64,000 nt of DNA, taken from positions 75,672-139,671 of the forward strand of contig CBDDBZ010000024.1 in the NCBI GenBank assembly GCA_965225945.1. Reading direction: 5' to 3'. Below are positions 9,678 through 21,215 of this stretch, one piece after another. How positions within the stretch are numbered: the first letter of the stretch is position 1; each line of letters begins with the position of its first letter. Made by a program: the position numbers and the translations under genes. The stretch comes from Alphaproteobacteria bacterium (GTDB lineage Bacteria > Pseudomonadota > Alphaproteobacteria > GCA-2731375). Under the pieces are notes generated by a model that worked only from the letters and a program-made list of their open reading frames with translations, was not told where the DNA came from and did not search any database.

Positions 9678-10632
9678 CCGACACCGCTTCGAATAACGCT
9701 ATTGCCGCCGCTCACCCGCGGCCACGATCCCGCTCGCCGCAACACCATCGAGCGCGCAGGGAACCACCTGCGAGACCCGCCGGCATCGACCCGAAGTCGC
9801 CATCAAACCACCCTGCCGGTGTCGTCGCCAATCAGATCCGAGCCATCCAGCAGCGCCGGCCACCCGAGAAAGCTGGCCCGCCGCTCGCAAATCCCCATAG
9901 ACCGAGCGTGCCGCACCGCCGAGCCTAGTCCTGCCCGCGGTTTCCTCCCTTAAGCGTTGTCCGACACCTGCCGATCCAGTCCGCCGGATGCAACCCCTGC
10001 GCCTCGGCAGGTGTCCGACAACGCTTAACAGAACCGGGCGACCTGATAGCGGAAGGCATTCAGGGCCGGAGCGTTGGTCGGCACGGCGAAGTACGCGAAG
10101 TAGCCTCGCACCACCGATGCCAGCCAGCGGCCCTGCTCGGCGATTGGCTGATGCCGTCGCCGGAGGAGTTCGCGCTTGATCTCCCCGAGCTTCGCCCCCA
10201 TGCGCTTACGCCGCGTCTTGCGTCGCAGTTGGAACCGTCCCTTCCGGTCCTTCGCGCAGATGTGCGTGAAGCCCAGGAAGTCGAACGTCTCCGGCTTGCC
10301 GTCGCCTCGGCCCTTCCGACTTTTCGCGGCGTGCCGCCCAAACTCGATGAGCCGGGTTTTCTCCGCGAACAGCGCGAGGCCGAAAGCCCGCAAGCGTTCC
10401 TCCAATGCCGCCCGGAAGGCAAGCGCGTCTTCCCGGTACTCGAAGCCCACGACGAAGTCGTCCGCGTAGCGGACGATGACCATGTCGCAGTGGGTATGGC
10501 GCCGACGCCATTGGTGCGCCCACAAGTCCAGGACATAGTGCAGGTAGACGTTGGAGAGCAGCGGTGAGAGCACCGCGCCCTGTGGCGTCCCCTGCTCCGG
10601 GACCGTGAGTTTGCCATCTTGCATAATGCCGG

Positions 10633-12091
10633 CTTCTCTATCGCGTCCTCGGTCAAGCCCTTTCTGGTTACGTCATGCCATATTCCTTCTTCACGTCGTT
10701 CCGCACTGGCGGATGTTGCCGCACGGGGCTCTTGCTTCTCTTCGAGGTTGGCGCGTGGCCACCTCATGATGGGATCAGAGGATGAGGCGGTTCAATCTTT
10801 CGCGCGTCCTTGCCGCCGGTCAGCGGCAGGGTCTACCGACATTACGAACTCACCCCACCCGTCGTCCCCGTGAGGACATCTCTCTGCCTAAGCAGAACTC
10901 GTTGATCTCCTTGTCAGTACAGTCGAAGGTTCAATCCGCCTTGACGGCGTCAGCAGGGCCGTTGCTCCAGCGGAACTCGGTGCCGTCGACCCACATGCGG
11001 TGCAGAACTACGGCCAGGCGCCTCGCGACGGCGACGATGGCACGGCGCATGCCACGTCGCTGGGCCACTCGCATGCCCCACGCCTTCAGCCAGGACCATT
11101 TCCGGCCGTGGGTGAGGAGGGACTGCGCGGCCTCGTACAGCATCGTGCGGAGCATGCTGTCGCCGCACTTGGACACGCAACCATCATAGTCGATCTCGCC
11201 GGACTGGAAGCGCTTCGGCGTCAGGCCGACATGCGCGCCGACCGCCCTGGAGTGAACGAAGCGCTGCGGCTGATCGATGGTAGCCCGGTAGGTCAGCGCG
11301 ACGACCACGCCGACGCCGGGTGCCGTCATGAGCCGTCGGCAGACCGGGTCATGGCGGACCGTGTCGAGCACCATTTTGTGGAGGACCGCGAATTGCTGGC
11401 GCATCACTCGCCGGACGGTGAGCAGCGGTTCCACAATAGCGGCCAGCTTCGGAAAGTCTTCGACCAGCTCGCGGATCCGCGCCTCGTACCCGCGGGTGCT
11501 GACCGTGCCCACCTTGAGACCGAAGTTGCGCAGCGTCCCGCGTAGATCGTTCTCGACGTCGAGCAGTTTTCTCTGGAGCAGCTTGCGGCTGGTCAGCAGC
11601 ATCCGCTGCTCCTGGGCAACCAGGGTCTTCACATGCACCGGCTTGAACAGCCCGACCCGCATCATCTGGGCGATGCCGCGCGCATCGTTGCGGTCGCTCT
11701 TGTTGATCTGCTGCCCCTTGAGCAGTGCTTTCATGTGCCGAGTCTCGACGCAGACAACCGGCAGCCCGGCGGCGGCAAGACCGTTGACCAGCCATTGCGA
11801 GAGCGGACCGGCTTCGATCCCGATCCGGCCATAGGCCACGCCGATCGAGGTCAGCAGCGTGACGATGTAGTCCGGCTCGGTCGGCACTTTCCGCTCCAAC
11901 ACCACCTCGCCAACCTCGTCGACGACGCATACCGCCGTCTCCTTCACCGAAACATCCAGACCTACGAAATGTGCCATCGTCATCGCTCCTTCCTCGATGT
12001 TCGAGGTCAGGGCGACCCCGATTTATCGATCATGCGTGAAGGGGCTGCCATCATCCTGATATCATCAGCCACAGCCGCCGCGATATACCAT
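10633..12091 (-). mobile_element. IS110-family (IS1111-type) element, copy 1
   Basis: Near-identical to 21108-22566. Inserted at TGAAAG^CCGGCATT in the RT gene (KWLK|AGIM). Confidence 0.93.
10931..11983 (-). CDS. IS110-family DEDD recombinase
   Basis: GLDVS, IEAG, KSDRNDA, PGVG, GLTP...QSG. Confidence 0.95.
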   Translation of the reverse strand: MTMAHFVGLDVSVKETAVCVVDEVGEVVLERKVPTEPDYIVTLLTSIGVAYGRIGIEAGPLSQWLVNGLAAAGLPVVCVETRHMKALLKGQQINKSDRNDARGIAQMMRVGLFKPVHVKTLVAQEQRMLLTSRKLLQRKLLDVENDLRGTLRNFGLKVGTVSTRGYEARIRELVEDFPKLAAIVEPLLTVRRVMRQQFAVLHKMVLDTVRHDPVCRRLMTAPGVGVVVALTYRATIDQPQRFVHSRAVGAHVGLTPKRFQSGEIDYDGCVSKCGDSMLRTMLYEAAQSLLTHGRKWSWLKAWGMRVAQRRGMRRAIVAVARRLAVVLHRMWVDGTEFRWSNGPADAVKAD

Positions 12092-12901
12092 CTTTCAGCC
12101 ACTTGGCCGTAAGGCGGAGGAGACGCCGATCTCCGATCCGGTGCTCTAGGAACCCTCTCAGCCAGTTTTGGTCGGATGAGTCGAAGAAGCCGGATATATC
12201 GGCGTCCAGGATCCAGTTCACCTCGCGCTCGGTGATCGCCACCGCGAGCGCGTCCAGCGCGTCGTGCTGGTTGCGCCCCGGACGGAAGCCGTAGCTGAAC
12301 CCGAGGAAATCTTCCTCGTAAATCTGGTTCAGCACCGTGCTCACGGCCATATGGGCGATCTTGTCCTCCAGGGCCGCGATCCCCAATGCCCGCGCCGAGC
12401 CGTCCGACTTCGCGATGAATTGTCGCCGGCTCGGCAGAGCCCGGTAGCCGCCCCGATGGAGCCGCCCATGCAGGTTCGGGAGACGCTGCTCCAGATCCTG
12501 GCCGTACTCTTGCCACGTCATGTCGTCCACTCCGGGCGCCGCGTCGCGCTTCAGCGCCAGGTAGGAGGCCCGAAGGAGTTCGACATCGACATGGTGCAGC
12601 AGCGCGGTGAACTTTAGTTTCCCATCTCGTCTCGCCGCTTCTCGTACGCGCTCCAGCCCCTGTGACAGGCTTTCCCGACTCCGCGTCCGGCGCCTGCGTG
12701 TCAATCGGCGTTGAACATTGACCCCCTATCGGCGTGCAATGTTGACCCCTTTGGGGATGCACGGCGGAGGTCGTACAGGTAGTCCATAGGAGGGGCCCGC
12801 GCGCGGGCCGACGCGCCCACCACGCGGCTGGCGGCGGACCGCGCGTGGGAGGTTCCTGTGGGCCCACCTGGGCGACCGGGCGGCAGGTGGATCGGTTGCC
12901 T

Positions 12902-13630
12902 TTAGGACCGATTCTTGAAGCGCCAGGAGTCGTTTCCGGTCTCGATGATCTCGCAGTGGTGCGTCAGACGATCGAGGAGCGCGGTGGTCATCTTGGCGTC
13001 GCCGAAGACGGACGGCCATTCGCCGAAGGTCAGGTTGGTGGTGACGATGATCGAGGTGCGCTCGTAGAGCCGGCTGACGAGGTGGAACAGCAGCTGGCCT
13101 CCGGTTTGGGCGAAGGGCAGGTAGCCGAGCTCGTCGAGGATGACGAGGTCGCGCCGGGCCAGCTGATCGGCGAGCCGGCCCTGGCGGCCGGCGCGGGCTT
13201 CGGCCTCGAGCCGGTTGACCAGGTCGACGACGTTGAAGAAGCGGCCCCGGGCGCCATCGCGGATGCAGGCCCGCGCGATGGCGACGGCGAGATGGCTCTT
13301 GCCGGTGCCGGTGCCGCCGATCAGCACGGCGTTGCGCTGGTTGGCCAGGAAGCCGCCGACCGCCAACTCGCGGACCAGCGGCTCGTTGACCGGGGTGTCG
13401 GTGAAGTCGAAGTCGGCCAGCTCCTTGGCCAGCGGCAGCTTGGCGCCACTCATCTGGTACTTGATGGATCGCGCCTGCTTGTCGGCGATCTCGGCCTTCA
13501 ACAGCTCGCCGATGATTCGCTGCATCGGATGCTGGCGCTTGAGGCCGTCGGCGAGCACCTCGTCGAACGCGTCGCGCATGCCGGCGAGCTTGAGTGCGGC
13601 CATCATCTCCAGGACCTCATGGCGCTCCAT
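12902..13630 (-). CDS. istB: IS21 helper ATPase
   Basis: [22 protein letters not shown]. Confidence 0.95.
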   Translation of the reverse strand: MERHEVLEMMAALKLAGMRDAFDEVLADGLKRQHPMQRIIGELLKAEIADKQARSIKYQMSGAKLPLAKELADFDFTDTPVNEPLVRELAVGGFLANQRNAVLIGGTGTGKSHLAVAIARACIRDGARGRFFNVVDLVNRLEAEARAGRQGRLADQLARRDLVILDELGYLPFAQTGGQLLFHLVSRLYERTSIIVTTNLTFGEWPSVFGDAKMTTALLDRLTHHCEIIETGNDSWRFKNRS

Positions 13631-15128
13631 GGCCGACCCCCCTCAAGCGGTCGTAGCGGGTGCAATCGGCCACCGGCTCAAAGCGAAGACGCAGGTTCGC
13701 GGGCGTCGGGATCGGCGCCGTCTCGGACGGCTGGCGCCGACGATTGAGGATGTTGAGCACGACGTCGGCGCTGCACACGCCGCCAGCGAGCGCCTCGGCA
13801 CAGGCGGCCTCCACCGCCGCCAGCCCATCCGCCAGCACGGCGGTGAGGATCTCGACCATCTGCCTGTCGCCGTCGTCGTGGCCGGCGAGCCGGACGCGCA
13901 CGCGACCCAGGGCGCCGGGCAGCGCCCAGTCCTTGAACGGCGCGCCGTTACGAAGCGCACCGGGCTTCCTCGCCAGCACGGGCACGTAGTGCCACGGGTC
14001 ATAGACGGTCTGGTCGCGGCCGAAGCGCCGGGCATGCTCGGCGACGATCTCGCCGTCCTGGCGGATGACGATGCGATCGGCGTAGGCATGGACCTCGACC
14101 GGACGGCCGACGGCGCGCGCCGCCACGCTGTACTTGTTGCTGTCGAAGCGCACCAGGCAGGTCTTCGACACCGACGCCGGGACCGCGTGGAAGCCGTCGA
14201 ACGGCCCGCGATAGCCGACCAGGGACGGACGCTCGTCCTCGAACACCTGCCAGACAGTCCTGTCCTTGAACACCGGGTGGGGATGACGCCGGGCGTAGGC
14301 GACGCACTGGTCCAAGAGCCAGGCGTTGAGTTCGTCGTAGGTCTTGAAGCGCAGCCGCGGGGTGAAGAACCGACCGCGGATGATCCCGACCTGGTTCTCG
14401 ACCTGCCCCTTCTCCCATCCCGCTCCCGGCGTGCATGCTGTCGGTTCGACCAGGTAGTGGCCACACATCTGCACGAAGCGCCGGTTGAACGCGCGCTCCT
14501 TGCCGATGAGGACGGTCTGCACCGCCGTCTTCATGTTGTCGTAGATGCCTCGCCGGCAGGCACCCTGGAACAGCCGGAATGCCCGGTCGTGGGCGTCGAA
14601 CACCATCTCCTGGCTCTCGCGCGGATAAGCGCGGACGAAGAACATTCGGCTGTGGCACAGCCGGACGTGCGCGACCTTGACCTTGGTCGTCACCCCCGCC
14701 AGCACCACGTACTCGTGGCTCCAGTCGAACTGATAGGCCTCGCCCGGCGAGAACACCAACGGCACATAGGTCTGCGCCGTCGATGCCGAACGGCGCCACC
14801 GCCACGCCTTGGCGTAGCGCCGCACCGCGTCGTAGCCGCCGCCATAGCCCAGACCCTCGAGGGCTTCGGAGATCCGTAGCAGCGTCAGCCGCTCCCGCTT
14901 CGACTTGGTCTCGTTGGCCTCCAGCATCCGCTCCAGCTCGGCCGTCCACGGCCCCAGCTTCGGCATCGGCTGGACCCGCCGGTCGTAGGTGAACGCCGTC
15001 GCCTGCGAACGGATCACCTTGCGCACCGTGTTGCCCGAGACCTTCACGTCCCGCACGATCTCCTTGATCGGCTTCCCCTTGACGAAATACTCCCGCCGGA
15101 TCCGCGCTATCGTCTCCACGACCAACAT
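13617..15128 (-). CDS. istA: IS21 transposase
   Basis: QFDWS, YDNMKT, EKGQVE. Confidence 0.95.
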   Translation of the reverse strand: MLVVETIARIRREYFVKGKPIKEIVRDVKVSGNTVRKVIRSQATAFTYDRRVQPMPKLGPWTAELERMLEANETKSKRERLTLLRISEALEGLGYGGGYDAVRRYAKAWRWRRSASTAQTYVPLVFSPGEAYQFDWSHEYVVLAGVTTKVKVAHVRLCHSRMFFVRAYPRESQEMVFDAHDRAFRLFQGACRRGIYDNMKTAVQTVLIGKERAFNRRFVQMCGHYLVEPTACTPGAGWEKGQVENQVGIIRGRFFTPRLRFKTYDELNAWLLDQCVAYARRHPHPVFKDRTVWQVFEDERPSLVGYRGPFDGFHAVPASVSKTCLVRFDSNKYSVAARAVGRPVEVHAYADRIVIRQDGEIVAEHARRFGRDQTVYDPWHYVPVLARKPGALRNGAPFKDWALPGALGRVRVRLAGHDDGDRQMVEILTAVLADGLAAVEAACAEALAGGVCSADVVLNILNRRRQPSETAPIPTPANLRLRFEPVADCTRYDRLRGVGHGAP

Positions 15129-15749
15129 CCCCCACCACCTCGTCCGCCCAAAAACGAGGTGACTTGGACTAGCCAGGCTCAGGGGGTCAAATTTGGACGC
15201 CGATCACCCCTCAACAGGGGTCAACTTTGCACGCCGTTCCACACCTGCGTTGCTGACCCACGTTCCCCTTGGCTCCGCCCCTTCCCTCCACCGGCTCCGC
15301 CGCCTCGCACAAGGCTTTGTTCGTCGGCTTCCCAGGTACTATGGGCGAATCTGACTTCTCTCGAGCGTGCGTCATCGGCTACGGCCCTTCGGGCCTTCCC
15401 GATGCGGACCGCGCAAACGCAAGGACGGCCACTCGAGAGATCTCCCGGTTTCCGCTCAGGCGATTTCCATGCGTGCGTGGGCTCTACGACCGCGCAAGGC
15501 CCTCCGAGCGCTCGCCAATGCGCGCTCGTCGGTGTGGCCTTCCCCATAGACCCACAGGGTCGGCGCCTCGAATGCGCATTTTTTGCGGCTCAATACCCAG
15601 CCCACATGTACCCCTGTCAACGCTTCGCCTCGCCCTCGCGGACCGCAGGCGCATGACTCGGGGCCGGTGTGGATGGCTAACCCTTCACCGTACGGCTCTC
15701 TCATCCGCTACTCCTCGCCGGCGATACCGGCGCACGGGTCATTCTACTT

Positions 15750-16779
15750 CCTGATTACGCACTTCACTCAGCCGGGTTGATGTGGTACAAATCATGAACA
15801 AATGGCGGTTTTTCTGGAGGTTCACAATGCCACGCAACAACGTTCAGTTCCAGAAGGGGCTCAGCGAAGCGCGTTTTCGTGAGTTGTACGGTAGCGAGGA
15901 GCAGTGTCGCGAGGCCCTGTTCCGCTGGCGCTGGCCGGAGGGCTTCTCCTGCCCCCGATGCGGCGCCACGCGCCATTGCGAGATCGCCGGCCGCAAGCTC
16001 TACCAATGCGCCGCCTGCCGTCATCAAGTCTCGCTGACCGCCGGCACGCTCTTCCACGCGACCAAGCTGGCGCTGACCCTGTGGTTTTCGGCGATCTATC
16101 ACATGACCCAATCGAAGAAGGGGATCTCCTCCATCGAACTCGGCCGCCGGCTCGGCGTCACCCAGACCACGGCCTGGAAGATCAAGCAGAAACTGATGCA
16201 GTCCATGCTCGAGCGCGATGCCAAATTGCCGCTCACCGGGCGGGTGGAGATGGACGATGCCTACCTCGGCGGCCGGCGTTCCGGGGCCAAGCGCGGCCGA
16301 GGCGCGCCGGGCAAGACGCCGTTCGTCGCCGCCGTCCAGACCACGGCGGAGGGCCAGCCCGTGCGCATCAAGCTCCGCCGCGTCAAGGGCTTCCGCAAGA
16401 GCGAGATCGCCAAGATGGCCAAGCGCGACCTGAGCCCGCTGGCGACGGTTGTCAGCGATGGGCTCGGCTGCTTCACCGCGGTCACCGCGCAAGGCTGTGC
16501 GCACCATCCGATACCCACTGGCTCCGGACCCGGGGCCGTCGCCGTGCCCGCCTTCAAATGGGTCAACACCACCCTCGGCAACCTCAAAAACACCCTGCGC
16601 GGTACCTACCATGCGATCCGACCCAAGCATGTGCCGCGCTAACTGGCGGCGTTCCAGTACCGATACAACCGCCGCTACCGGCTCGCCGACATGATCGAAG
16701 CCCTCGGCCGCGATGCCCTGCGCACGCCGCCCATGCCATATCGGCTCCTGAAATTGGCTGAGGTTAGTGCGTAATCAGG
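15750..16779 (+). mobile_element. IS1595-family element
   Basis: IRs CCTGATTACGCACT / AGTGCGTAATCAGG; 8-bp TSD TTCTACTT. Confidence 0.92.
15827..16774 (+). pseudogene. IS1595 transposase with a nonsense codon
   Basis: In-frame TAA at 16640-16642 (KHVPR*LAAFQYRYNRR); the frame continues to 16774. Confidence 0.85.
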
Positions 16780-16993
16780 TTCTACTTTATCGACCGCTGC
16801 GGCGGGCCTCTTCGTGGCTGGTGTCGCCAGTGCCAGCGGAGGCGGAAAAGTACAATGACCCCTTTTTCTGACGTGTTCGCGCCGCCCGCCCTCATCCACA
16901 TGGGTGGCACACGGCAGTTGGTGCTTTGCCGCGCCGATCCCGACGGCTTCGCCGTCGAATTCACGGCGTCTTCGCAGCGCGTAGGACGGCGCC

Positions 16994-17857
16994 TCAAAAC
17001 GGCCGGTCGCCGTCGAGGCAGACGCGGCGGAGGACGCGGCGCTCGCTCGCGCTGTCGAACGGCGTCGACTTGTGCAGGACGCAGCGGTTGTCCCACATCA
17101 CCAGCTCGCACGGCCGCCAGTGGTGGCGGTAGACGAACTCGGGCCGGGTGGCGAGTGCGTTGATCTCGTTGCGCAAGCGGTGACCTTCCTCGAACGGCAG
17201 ACCCGAAACTTGCGATGTATGCTCGCCCAAATAGATGCCCTTGCGACCTGTCTCGGGATGTGTCCGCACCACCGGGTGGTCCGGCGGATTGGAGACATTT
17301 CGGATCTGTTCCTCGCTCATGTGCCATTTGTGCCTTGCGAAGGCCCAGTCCTGCGCCGCCGTCAGTCCGCGGAGACGGGCTTTCATATCGTCGTCCAGCG
17401 CCTCGTAGGCGGCGTGCATGTCGGCGAACAGCGTGTCGCCGCCTTCGCTGGGCAGCTCGAGCGCATAGAGGAACGTCGCCATCGCCGGCGCCTCCTTCCA
17501 GGCGGCATCCGTGTGCCAGACCAGCGAGCTCTCGTCGGTATGGCGCCCGGTCGTGCCGCCGGCCTCCTCGACGTTCGTCAGCAGGTAGATTTCGGGGTGT
17601 TCGTCGGCGTGCAGATGGTCCATCACCTGGTACTGGACCGGGCCGAAGCGACGGCAAAAGGCGACCTGCTGGGCTTCCGTCATGTCCTGGTCGGGGAAGA
17701 CGAGGACGAGATGCTCGAGAAACACGGCCCAGATCGCCGCGACGTCACCCTCGTCGAGCGGTTGCGAGAGGTCTAGCCCCGTGACCTCGGCCCCCAAGGC
17801 GGTGGAGAAGGGCCGTATCTCGAGCGCGCTCGCCGTATGGGTCGACCGGGTCCGCAT
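16994..17857 (-). CDS. TauD/TfdA family Fe(II)/2-oxoglutarate dioxygenase
   Basis: WHTD, GGDTLFAD, HPVVRTHPETG, WDNRCVLH. Confidence 0.92.
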   Translation of the reverse strand: MRTRSTHTASALEIRPFSTALGAEVTGLDLSQPLDEGDVAAIWAVFLEHLVLVFPDQDMTEAQQVAFCRRFGPVQYQVMDHLHADEHPEIYLLTNVEEAGGTTGRHTDESSLVWHTDAAWKEAPAMATFLYALELPSEGGDTLFADMHAAYEALDDDMKARLRGLTAAQDWAFARHKWHMSEEQIRNVSNPPDHPVVRTHPETGRKGIYLGEHTSQVSGLPFEEGHRLRNEINALATRPEFVYRHHWRPCELVMWDNRCVLHKSTPFDSASERRVLRRVCLDGDRPF

Positions 17858-17963
17858 GATTTCGCTCCCTCGCTCGCGTGCTGGCAACACCGCTAGACGC
17901 CGCCGCCCGGCCGCTGACGTCGGAGGCCGACATGGTTGATCGGCTGGGCGTTACAACTATGAG

Positions 17964-18190
17964 CCGACATCCCCCAGACGACTGTCGGTTCCGACCATCA
18001 GAGTAGCCATTCGGGCTCTCGACGGCAATTCCGAGGCCGATCGGCGTGAGCAGAGCACTCCGCCTGCCTCCGGGTCCGGCCCCGACGGCGGCGGCACGCA
18101 GCCGGGCGATCCGCGCCAGGATCCGCGCGAACACATCCGTCCCGATACAGCGACCCCGGCCATCTGGCATGTCGCCCTTGGCTCACATGA
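17964..18190 (-). mobile_element. IS1380-family remnant (transposase C-terminus and right end)
   Basis: QMAGVAV../FARILARIARLR and terminal GGGGATGTCGG. Confidence 0.6.
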
Positions 18191-18282
18191 CTCGCCTGTT
18201 AACGCCCGCAAATGTTACGGAGAGACTTGGCGATGAACGATCCATCGACTTGACCACACGCCGATCCGGAGGAAGACAGCCG

Positions 18283-19122
18283 ATGACTAAAGAAGATGTC
18301 TATGAGGTCTACGCGATCCAATACGCTTACCGGGCGGATCGCAAACGCCACGAGACTTTCATCACCAATGCCTGGACCGATCCGCTGCACGATACGGACC
18401 AGCCGATCTCCTATTACGTGTGGGCGATCGTCAATGCCGAGCGCACCATCGTTGTCGACACCGGCTTCGATGCCGACGAAGCGGCACGTCGGCGCCAGGA
18501 ATCGGGAGAGCTGTGGCGACCGGAACTAAAATTTACGCCCGCCGAGGGTCTGCGCATGATCGGGGTCGACGCCGCGCGAGTGGCCGATGTGATCATCACC
18601 CATCTGCACTTCGACCACGCCGGCACGCTCGATCACTTCCCGGAAGCGCGCTTCCACTTGCAAGAGCAAGAGATGCAGTTCGCGACGGGGCCTTGCATGG
18701 CGCACGACTACTTCAAGGGCGCCTACACGGTGGACCAGGTCGTCGCGATGGTACGCAACGTCTACCGGGGGCGAGTCGCGTTTCAGGCGGGCGACGCGGA
18801 AATCGCTCCCGGCGTGAGCGTTCATCACATCGGCGGGCACACGATGGGGATCCAATCCGTGCGGGTGCGCACGCGTCGCGGTTGGGTGGTGCTCGCGAGC
18901 GATGCGAGTCACATGTACGACAATTTCGAAAGCATGGCGCCAAATCCCATCGTCTTCAATGTGGGGACGATGCTCAGCGGTTTCGAGCGACTGAAGACTT
19001 TGGCGGACGGTCCGGGGCACGTCATTCCGGGTCATGATCCCCTCGTCATGGCCAGATATCCCGCCGCGACGCCTGCAACCGAAGGTATCGTGGCACGCCT
19101 CGACGCGGACCCACGGAGCTGA
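18283..19122 (+). CDS. N-acyl homoserine lactonase-like MBL-fold hydrolase
   Basis: VDTG, THLHFDHAG, GGHT, ASDA, PGHD. Confidence 0.88.
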   Translation: MTKEDVYEVYAIQYAYRADRKRHETFITNAWTDPLHDTDQPISYYVWAIVNAERTIVVDTGFDADEAARRRQESGELWRPELKFTPAEGLRMIGVDAARVADVIITHLHFDHAGTLDHFPEARFHLQEQEMQFATGPCMAHDYFKGAYTVDQVVAMVRNVYRGRVAFQAGDAEIAPGVSVHHIGGHTMGIQSVRVRTRRGWVVLASDASHMYDNFESMAPNPIVFNVGTMLSGFERLKTLADGPGHVIPGHDPLVMARYPAATPATEGIVARLDADPRS

Positions 19123-19254
19123 GGAGCAATCGAGGATCGACCGTCCTCCCAGCAACCCCGTAAACCAGCCGTAGACGGGGACGAGGGACCTCGAGGAGGC
19201 GCCGAGGGCCGAACGGGCTGGCCCGGTGCTCCGTCCTCGACTAGGCTAGCTCCG

Positions 19255-19518
19255 ATGTGCTTTCGGGCTGATCGCTTGGCAATGAGGCTTTCCGGCACGC
19301 TGGTCGGGGTCGGATTTCTGCTATTCGGCAGCTTGGCGATCATCGGACCGGTCGTCCCCACGATCGAGGAGAGTCAGGACAAAGCGTTCTGGTTTGGAAT
19401 GCTTCTGATCGTTGCGGGCACCGTGGCTGTTTTCGCCTCCTGGACCGCGCGAGACCTGGATGGCATCTGGTGTCGCTATCCGCGCCGCTGGGGATCGAGC
19501 GGGGGCGAAGATCGCTAA
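19255..19518 (+). CDS. Small two-TM hypothetical protein
   Basis: Two hydrophobic segments; start codon uncertain. Confidence 0.5.
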   Translation: MCFRADRLAMRLSGTLVGVGFLLFGSLAIIGPVVPTIEESQDKAFWFGMLLIVAGTVAVFASWTARDLDGIWCRYPRRWGSSGGEDR

Positions 19519-20156
19519 ACGACCTCTTGCACTGCTGCGGTGCGGCTCGGGACACCACGCGCCGCGCGGCAAGGTCGGGAGCAATTTTTGATGCGGGATC
19601 GCAGCGCCGGACCCGGGAAGGTGGATGATGGAGGGGCGGGCGATCTGGCTAGGGATCATCACCGTCATCGAGCTAGGGGAGGCGCAAAAGCCCGAGGGCA
19701 TGGTCCACTAATGGCAAGCGGCGCCGTCACACTGCAACAGGTGCGGCCGGTCGCGGCGGTATCGGGTGGCGAGGCTGGTTGAGACCTACGGCCAGGACGC
19801 TGGGCTACCGGCGATCACGTCGGCGCTGGAAGAGGGGTGCCCGAGGAAGGGCAAGTACGGCGGGTGTTTCGTGATCTTCCCTGGGCGGGCGATGGGATGA
19901 TGCGCACGATCAGGTCATATGTCGGAAATCAGGGGTGGAGTCCCCGTCGAGCCTGGGCGGCCGTCTACGGCATTGATAGCCATTTTCGGAATTGGCGCGT
20001 TTCTGGCGACTCTACCTATCTCAAGCTCGGTGATTAGTCGAGTAGTCACAGCAAGCGGCCAAAAAATCGTTGGTTTTCGGCCCGGGCCAAAGCCCATTTG
20101 TGACCGCCTTGGCATGGCCACTATAGTCTCATTAGAAAACCGAATGGACGGAAGCA

Positions 20157-20999
20157 ATGACCGAACCTGGAACCCGCGTGGCGCTCATCACCGGCTGCGG
20201 CAAGGAGAACGGCATCGGCGCGGCGATAGCCCAGCGTTTGGCAAGGGACGGTTTCATCGTTGCCACATCCGACGTGGCGGCGGCGGGCGTCGACAATGAC
20301 AACACCGTCCAGCGCGTCAGCTCCGGTTGGCAGGGACTGGACACGCTAGTTGCGCGGATCGAGGCGGCCGGTGGGAAGGCGCTCAGCCTGACCGGCGACG
20401 TATCAACTGAGGACGGTGCTGCCCATCTCGTCGCCAGGACAATCGACGAGTACGGACGCCTGGACGTTCTCGTGAACAACGCCGGCGCTCCGCATGGCCA
20501 GGACCGCGGTCAGATCGAGGACGTGCCGCTTGCCGCGTGGGAAGCCGTAATGGGCATCAACGTCCGTGGAGTCTTCCTGATGACCCGCGCCGTGGTGCCC
20601 CACATGAAGGCGCGGGGCTACGGCCGGATCGTGTCGATGTCGTCCGTAGCAGGCTTGGTGGCGCTGCCGGAACGGGCGGCCTACTGCGCCTCCAAGGCGG
20701 CCGTAATCGGCATGACACGTTCGCTCGCCTATGACCTCGCGCCGCACGGGATTACCGTGAACTGCATCTGCCCGGGATCGATCCGCACCGACCGCGCGAT
20801 CAGTTCGACTCTCCGGGCCGGCTGGACTGACGTGGACGCCGGTCTCGCGGAGCGCGCCAAGGTCATCCCGATCGGCAGGCACGGCCATCCGGAGGAGATC
20901 GCCGCGACCGTTGCCCACCTGGTCTCGGATGAAGCAGGCTACATCATCGGACAAGCGATCCCAGTCGACGGCGGAGGCCTCCCGCCGAGCGCCTTCTGA
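20157..20999 (+). CDS. SDR family oxidoreductase
   Basis: TGCGKENGIG, NNAG, YCASK. Confidence 0.93.
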   Translation: MTEPGTRVALITGCGKENGIGAAIAQRLARDGFIVATSDVAAAGVDNDNTVQRVSSGWQGLDTLVARIEAAGGKALSLTGDVSTEDGAAHLVARTIDEYGRLDVLVNNAGAPHGQDRGQIEDVPLAAWEAVMGINVRGVFLMTRAVVPHMKARGYGRIVSMSSVAGLVALPERAAYCASKAAVIGMTRSLAYDLAPHGITVNCICPGSIRTDRAISSTLRAGWTDVDAGLAERAKVIPIGRHGHPEEIAATVAHLVSDEAGYIIGQAIPVDGGGLPPSAF

Positions 21000-21215
21000 T
21001 TCGGCCGGAAGAATCTGCTGGCCCGGCTATGGGGCATGTTTCCCCGCTTAGCACCTTTTAAGGGAACGCCCGATCCTGGGGTACTCCGGACGTGGCCGGA
21101 GTGAAAGATGGTGTATCGCGGCGGCTGTGGCTGATGATATCAGGATGATGGCAGCCCCTTCACGCATGATCGTTCAATCGGGGTCGCCCTGACCTCGAAC
21201 ATCGAGGAAGGAGCG

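Larger units (their letters stand above)
7423..10033 (+). mobile_element. IS91-like element with tyrosine recombinase plus Y2 transposase
   Basis: Two-gene module with a terminal hairpin at ~9951-10028. Removing 7423-10033 restores the intron A RT frame (QVAR|LWLK) with no TSD. Confidence 0.8.
12699..15243 (-). mobile_element. IS21-family element, copy 1
   Basis: TG...CA ends with repeated TTGACCCC motifs; 6-bp TSD CCTGCG. Confidence 0.95.
4649..15375 (-). pseudogene. ltrA: Intron A reverse transcriptase/maturase, fragmented
   Basis: Segments 15375-15244, 12692-12092, 10632-10034 (GTPQG, YADD) and 7422-7241, then 5321-5316 and 4661-4649, join in frame to ...HAGICAGGVG*. Confidence 0.85.
4630..15735 (-). 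mobile_element. Group II intron A (class E-like), host to five nested insertions
   Basis: 5' GTGCGCCGG at 15735 and 3' CCTACCGCGAT at 4630. D5 GAGCCCGGTGCATTAGCAGTGCACGCCGGGATC lies at ~7243-7275. Confidence 0.9.

Noticed and set aside
19540-20150. Short ORFs upstream of the SDR gene
   Set aside because: Only weak hints of membrane-protein fragments; no supportable call.
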